Of a stretch of DNA of 64,000 bases, positions 58,826 through 64,000 are shown piece after piece. The stretch's first letter is position 1, and the number at the start of each line of letters is the position of its first letter. The DNA comes from an uncultured archaeon (GTDB lineage Archaea > Asgardarchaeota > Lokiarchaeia > Sigyniarchaeales > SOKP01). Both the position numbers and the translations under genes were made by a program. The stretch covers positions 1 to 64,000 of the forward strand of contig CAZOYD010000004.1 in the NCBI GenBank assembly GCA_964583985.1, in the 5' to 3' direction. The notes below the pieces were generated by a model that was given only the letters and a program-made list of their open reading frames with translations, had not been told where the DNA came from and ran no database searches.

Positions 58826-60211
58826 TTAGTTTAAATTGGATACTAAAATCGATAATTCTTCTATCATTTGCTTGGATTTCTTAGGATCACTTGATTCAGA
58901 TGATATAAGAATTGAATCCCGATTTAACGCGACTTTAATGGTTGAACTAACTTCATTATCAATGATTTTTAATTCATTGATAATATCATGATATTTAAAA
59001 CCATGATGTTCAGCAAATTTAATTAATTTATTATGAATTGATTGAATTATGCTAGAAGAGACTGGAATTGTTTTATTTACCTTAATACCTTTAGGAAAAC
59101 CTCTTGTTAATGAACTTAAGGTATCATTTTCTTTTGTCATTATTTCTAAAATTTTTAATAATATAAAATTTCCATCTGAAAATGGTGCGTATTGGGGAAA
59201 GTAAAATTTCATGGTATCTGCTGCAGCAAAACAAGCTCTTTCTTCTCTGATCTGCCTCGATATTTCTCCAGGATCATTTTCAACTTGCTTAATAGGATAT
59301 CCGTTATCTTCTACATATTTTTTAATAACGGGTGAGAGAGATTGGGTTGTAATGATGGTATTGGACTTAGATTTTTTTATTCGATCATCATAAGTGATAA
59401 AAAGCATGAGTAGATCTTCAAAAGTAACTTCTAAACCGTTATCATCCAATACTAAAATTCTAGAACCATCAACATCAAAACATATCCCCAAATGACTATG
59501 AGATGCTTTGACAATTTCTGCGGTATTTCTTATGGTGTAAATACTCGGTACTGGAATTTCTGATCGTTCCCTATAATGTGTGTTAAGAGCAATGACTTCT
59601 ACTCCAACGTCGTTAACAAGTAATGGTGTTATCCTTCCTGTAGGACCGTAGGAACAATCAACCACAATTTTTAAATCAGCATTTTTAATTCTTATTTTAT
59701 CAACAAATTGTTGTAAAGACTTAATATAGACATCTTGTGTTTGCGGAATTGCTGTAATTTGACCAATTTTACTGGGTTCCACTCTTCTTACACTATCAGG
59801 ATAAGTGTTATATGCTTCGATAATCCTTTGAATCTCTGATTTAGAAAACTCGATGCCTCCAGCGTCAACAAACCTAATACCAACATCTTCACTATATAAG
59901 TGTCCTCCCGAGAAATAAACGCCTCCACTAGCTCCAAACCTTCTAATTGTAAATTGAAGCAATGGATACGTGCAATCACGTAAATTCAAGACATTAACAC
60001 CAGTACTCATAACTCCAGATGTGTATCCTCGCTTTAACATTCTACTATCATTATGATAATCGCGTCCAATGACTATAGTTTCATTCACGTTAAATAAACT
60101 ACCATGTATAGATCCGATTGAGCTTGAAATTTCTGGCGTGAAGATATAGTTTGCCCTTCCAATTATTCTACCGTTTTTATTAAGTTCATTAAGGTTTTCA
60201 ACCATTTTCAT
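58826..60211 (-). CDS. Phosphohexomutase-fold protein lacking the catalytic serine
   Basis: IGRDY...SRMLKR, KIVVDCSYG; GGVYFSGGH replaces ITASHN; DVDGSR replaces DGDxDR. Confidence 0.85.
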   Translation of the reverse strand: MKMVENLNELNKNGRIIGRANYIFTPEISSSIGSIHGSLFNVNETIVIGRDYHNDSRMLKRGYTSGVMSTGVNVLNLRDCTYPLLQFTIRRFGASGGVYFSGGHLYSEDVGIRFVDAGGIEFSKSEIQRIIEAYNTYPDSVRRVEPSKIGQITAIPQTQDVYIKSLQQFVDKIRIKNADLKIVVDCSYGPTGRITPLLVNDVGVEVIALNTHYRERSEIPVPSIYTIRNTAEIVKASHSHLGICFDVDGSRILVLDDNGLEVTFEDLLMLFITYDDRIKKSKSNTIITTQSLSPVIKKYVEDNGYPIKQVENDPGEISRQIREERACFAAADTMKFYFPQYAPFSDGNFILLKILEIMTKENDTLSSLTRGFPKGIKVNKTIPVSSSIIQSIHNKLIKFAEHHGFKYHDIINELKIIDNEVSSTIKVALNRDSILISSESSDPKKSKQMIEELSILVSNLN

Positions 60212-60417
60212 CCGATTTTTTTACATGTTTAATTGGATATTATAAATAATAAAACCTAATTTAATAATGGCTAAGAATTTCTCAATCTTCAATAATTTTA
60301 CTAATTTTTATACCAATAATAAATAGTAAATAGCTAATTAAGTATTATTACATATATTGGTCATATAGAAACGTATTTGAAAATAGAACTGAATTTAATA
60401 TAAGTGTTTAATAAGAA

Positions 60418-63400
60418 ATGAAATTATCAATAAAAGCAAGGAAACAATACCAACTTGACGACTTTTCCTTTTCTCCGAGTGGTAACGTCCTTTTTGCTGG
60501 GGATATTTATTCCGTTCGAAAGTTTATCCAAAAAATCAATCAAACAAAAGATCTTATTAGATTTCCTGAATTAGGTTTTAAAACGGGAAACTTTAATGGA
60601 ATGGCTTTAATTTATAATATTCAAGAACATATCCTTGAATTATATAAAAAAGAAACAGAAACTCCTGAATTAATGAAAGATCTCTACGTCTATCTCAGTA
60701 GGAAATTTAATGAAAAGGAAATAGAAGATAGTTTAAGAACTTTCATTGATGAATTTCCTCCGGAGAGTGTATACAATAAAAAGTTAAGTTCAACTGAATA
60801 TCTTAAGAGAACAATGGGAGAAACGAATAATAGTGCTTTAATTTTAGAAGAATTTATTCCAGTTTGGTTGGGAAATAATAATCCATCATTTTCTCCATAT
60901 TTAGAACTTTTTAACGATGAAAAATTAGAAAAAGAAACAAAATACGTAGAAATTATTAATGAAATATATAATTTCTTTGAGGAAAAACCAAAATTTGGTC
61001 CTAAAAATCAAAATTTAATAAAAATGTTAGAAGATCCAATAAAAAACCACCCATATTCCATTCGTGAGCAATTGGAATATTTACTTGAAACATGGGGTGA
61101 AATTTTAGGCGATTATTCTCACACTATTTTATTAGCGTTAGATCTTATAAGAGAAGAAGAAGCATTCAGAGGTTTAGGTCCAGGAAGATCTGAAGCTTAT
61201 GCTTATGATATGCTTGATGTAGAAAACTTTACACCAGACAAAGACTGGATGCCTAAAGTCGTTATGATTGCTAAAAATACCTACGTATGGTTAGATCAAC
61301 TATCAAAAAAATATCACAGATCGATTACTAAATTAAATGAAATTCCCGATGAGGAGCTGGATCAATTGAAGAGATGGGGTTTCAATGCATTATGGCTGAT
61401 TGGTTTATGGGAAAGAAGTCAAGCTTCAAAAATAATAAAAAATTGGTGCGGTAATCCTGAAGCAGAAGCAAGTGCATATTCACTTTATGATTATATTATT
61501 GCGTACGATTTAGGAGGTCAAGAAGCTTTTGAAAATTTAAAACAACGCGCTTTATATAGAGGAATTCAGCTTGCAAGTGATATGGTACCTAATCATACGG
61601 GTATTGTGTCTAAATGGATGAAAGAGCATCCTAATTGGTATATCTCGCTTCCTTATCCCCCTTTTCCTTCTTATTCATATTCTGGGAATAGTTTATCAAA
61701 TGATTCCCAATATGGCGTGTTTTTAGAAGATAAATATTTTAATAGAACCGATGCCGCAGTAACCTTTAAATATGTCAATTATAATACAGGAGAAACAAAA
61801 TACATATATCATGGCAACGATGGAACAAGTTTTCCATGGAATGATACGGCACAATTGAATTTTTTGATGAAAGAAGTAAGAGAATCAGTAATACAGACAA
61901 TTCTTCATGTTTCTAGAATGTTTCCAATAATAAGATTTGATGCAGCGATGACTTTGACCAAAAAGCATTATCAGAGATTATGGTTCCCCGAACCTGGAAC
62001 TGGAGGAGCAATACCGTCTAGAGCAGAACATGGAATCACAAGGGATGTTTTTCATGATGCAATGCCTGAAGAATTTTGGCGAGAGGTAGTTAATAGAATA
62101 AACAAAGAAAATCCCGACACTTTGCTCTTAGCTGAAGCATTTTGGTTACTTGAGGGATATTTTGTTCGTTCATTAGGAATGCATCGTGTATATAACTCCG
62201 CATTTATGAACATGTTGAGAGACGAAGATAACGCAATGTATCGACTAGTTATTAAGAACACACTTGAATTTGATCCCAAAATTCTCAAACGATTTGTTAA
62301 TTTTATGAATAACCCGGATGAAGAGACGGCAATTAAACAATTCGGAGATGGTGATAAATATTTTGGAATCTGTACAATGATGATTACCATGCCCGGATTA
62401 CCAATGTTTGGTCATGGACAAGTCGAAGGTTTTTATGAGAAATATGGAATGGAATATCGGCGAACTTATTGGAATGAAGAAATCAATTTAGGGTTGTTGC
62501 AACATCACGAAAACATTATTTTCCCGTTAATGAAAAAAAGATATTTATTTGCTGAAGTAAAAGACTTCTTATTATATGATTTTTTCATTGGAAATTCGGT
62601 TAATGAGGATGTTTTTGCTTATTCAAATAGGGTGGGAAACGAAAGAGCTCTCGTGATATATCATAATAAATATGCTGAAACGAAGGGATTTATTAAGAAT
62701 TCTGTAGCATTTGTAGTAAAAGATAGTGATGACAAAAAATTGCTGCAAAAAACCGTTGGGGAAGGATTGAAATTGCCAAAAGAAGGATACTGTATTTTTA
62801 AAGATGCTATCATGAATCTTGAATATATTAGACGAAATAATGATATTCATCATCAAGGTTTATATGTGGAACTACATGCTTATCAAACTCTTGTATTTGT
62901 GGATTTTAGAATAGTTCAAGATAATGAGTTTTTCCATTATGCTCAGCTTTATGATTTTTTAAATGGAAAAGGAGTATATGATATAGATGAAACACTCACA
63001 TCCATTATCTATAGACCATTACATTCCCCAATTGAAGAACTAGTAAATGAAGATATCCTACACAAAATAATTAACAATACATTGAAAGATTCCGAAAGAA
63101 AAAAATATCGTAATATTCTCAAGACCTTCTTATTTGAAGTTAAAAAATATTCAAGCAGTAACAAAAATGTAACACCCGTATATAATCAAATTTTAAACGA
63201 CATTTTATCCGCCTCAAATTTAGAGAGTGTGTTTAAAGATTATCTGAAAGATGATAAAATTAAATTTTTAATTGAAAAACTAATTCCATTGAATACAATT
63301 GATTGGGGGATACTTTATTCTTGGATCGTAATCCGTCCGCTTGGAAGAATTATTTCTGATGAGGATTATGAGTTAAGGAGTCGTAGTTTAGTAGATGAGT

Positions 63401-63810
63401 GGCATATCACAAAATATATTTACTTATTGCTTAAGCAATTACAGAAAGATGATGTTGAAAACATTTCAGAATCGATTTTAGTTGTCAAATTACTCCTAAT
63501 TTACCAAAATTGGTTTACTAAAATCCAAATGAATGTATATGATGAATCATCAATCTTCAATATATTGTTTAAAGATCCTGAAATACAACAATTTTTACGA
63601 TTTAACAGGTATCAAGATATTTTATGGTTCAATGCAGAATTTTTCGAAACTTTAACCAGATGGCTTTCAATAATAGCCATCATTAATCTTTTAAGTAATG
63701 GTGGTGAGTTACCTAAAAACCTACAGATATTAACAGATTTGCATCAAAAATGGAGGGAAACAGCAAAAACTTCAAAATATCAAGTTAATTTGTTTTTAGA
63801 AAATCAATAA
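60418..63810 (+). CDS. Large GH13 alpha-amylase family protein with N- and C-terminal extensions
   Basis: DMVPNH, IRFDAAM, LAEAFW, NNPDE; about 270-aa N-terminal and about 270-aa C-terminal helical extensions. Confidence 0.9.
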   Translation: MKLSIKARKQYQLDDFSFSPSGNVLFAGDIYSVRKFIQKINQTKDLIRFPELGFKTGNFNGMALIYNIQEHILELYKKETETPELMKDLYVYLSRKFNEKEIEDSLRTFIDEFPPESVYNKKLSSTEYLKRTMGETNNSALILEEFIPVWLGNNNPSFSPYLELFNDEKLEKETKYVEIINEIYNFFEEKPKFGPKNQNLIKMLEDPIKNHPYSIREQLEYLLETWGEILGDYSHTILLALDLIREEEAFRGLGPGRSEAYAYDMLDVENFTPDKDWMPKVVMIAKNTYVWLDQLSKKYHRSITKLNEIPDEELDQLKRWGFNALWLIGLWERSQASKIIKNWCGNPEAEASAYSLYDYIIAYDLGGQEAFENLKQRALYRGIQLASDMVPNHTGIVSKWMKEHPNWYISLPYPPFPSYSYSGNSLSNDSQYGVFLEDKYFNRTDAAVTFKYVNYNTGETKYIYHGNDGTSFPWNDTAQLNFLMKEVRESVIQTILHVSRMFPIIRFDAAMTLTKKHYQRLWFPEPGTGGAIPSRAEHGITRDVFHDAMPEEFWREVVNRINKENPDTLLLAEAFWLLEGYFVRSLGMHRVYNSAFMNMLRDEDNAMYRLVIKNTLEFDPKILKRFVNFMNNPDEETAIKQFGDGDKYFGICTMMITMPGLPMFGHGQVEGFYEKYGMEYRRTYWNEEINLGLLQHHENIIFPLMKKRYLFAEVKDFLLYDFFIGNSVNEDVFAYSNRVGNERALVIYHNKYAETKGFIKNSVAFVVKDSDDKKLLQKTVGEGLKLPKEGYCIFKDAIMNLEYIRRNNDIHHQGLYVELHAYQTLVFVDFRIVQDNEFFHYAQLYDFLNGKGVYDIDETLTSIIYRPLHSPIEELVNEDILHKIINNTLKDSERKKYRNILKTFLFEVKKYSSSNKNVTPVYNQILNDILSASNLESVFKDYLKDDKIKFLIEKLIPLNTIDWGILYSWIVIRPLGRIISDEDYELRSRSLVDEWHITKYIYLLLKQLQKDDVENISESILVVKLLLIYQNWFTKIQMNVYDESSIFNILFKDPEIQQFLRFNRYQDILWFNAEFFETLTRWLSIIAIINLLSNGGELPKNLQILTDLHQKWRETAKTSKYQVNLFLENQ

Positions 63811-63836
63811 TTATATTTTTTTGGCTGTAGCATTGT

Positions 63837-64000
63837 CTAGAAAGGAGTAAATAGATAGAATCCTCCTGTTAATATAATTCCCATAAAAAAATAAATCCCT
63901 ATAATTATAAAATAACTTAATATCTTTTCAGTTATTAACACTATAATAGCTACTACGACAGAACTCAAGTACTCCTTCGCATAAAAAAGATGTATCACAA
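63837..64000 (-). CDS. 3' end of a membrane protein running off the window
   Basis: Open frame ...VIHLFYAKEYLSSVVVAIIVLITEKILSYFIIIGIYFFMGIILTGGFYLFTPF*. Confidence 0.6.
   Translation of the reverse strand, partial: VIHLFYAKEYLSSVVVAIIVLITEKILSYFIIIGIYFFMGIILTGGFYLFTPF

Noticed and set aside
109-62856. Dozens of 60-180 aa ORFs overlapping longer genes (e.g. 2759..3097, 6336..6683, 27743..28276, 53612..53977)
   Set aside because: Antisense or alternate-frame shadows of well-supported genes; no motifs or RBS; Ser/Phe/Ile-rich composition expected from the reverse of Glu/Lys-rich AT-biased coding
1-64000. CRISPR arrays, rRNA, tRNA, transposases, integrases
   Set aside because: No regularly spaced repeats, no long GC-rich structured intergenic segments and no recombinase or transposase motifs seen; intergenic gaps are short and AT-rich
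1-64000. Selenoprotein (UGA readthrough) or SECIS signals
   Set aside because: Fe-S and redox genes here have complete Cys motifs and none appears cut at an in-frame TGA

Overview
AT-rich, gene-dense archaeal chromosome segment. It carries RadA, a tRNA-splicing endonuclease, an A/V-type ATPase, split PurS/PurQ/PurL, and GGTGA-type ribosome-binding sites. A gelsolin-domain protein, membrane-anchored family-5 solute-binding proteins and the low GC point, by inference, to an Asgard archaeon, most likely Lokiarchaeia. Contents: iorAB; purS-Q-L and purC; a GH127; two GH13 enzymes; glmM, a SIS-only gene and glmS; an FGGY kinase near an alkyl-DHAP-synthase-like flavoprotein and a CCG Fe-S protein; an activator plus three 2-hydroxyacyl-CoA-dehydratase-family subunits; a VIT1/CCC1-DUF47 pair; a nine-gene A/V-ATPase operon in the order K-C-H/G-F-E-A-B-D-I; endA, MEMO1, radA and several coiled-coil or membrane unknowns. 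No rRNA, tRNA, CRISPR array or mobile element was recognised. Best leads: (1) a gelsolin domain fused to a C-terminal SAP/HeH-like motif, a possible actin-nucleic acid linker; (2) at least three genes whose frame and RBS imply ACG or ATT start codons; (3) an AGPS-like flavoprotein coupled to a CCG Fe-S protein; (4) VIT1 + DUF47 beside a rearranged V-type ATPase; (5) a duplicated radical dehydratase/reductase subunit; (6) an unannotated promoter-hairpin-micropeptide locus. All product calls come from motif recognition by eye; no database searches were run.
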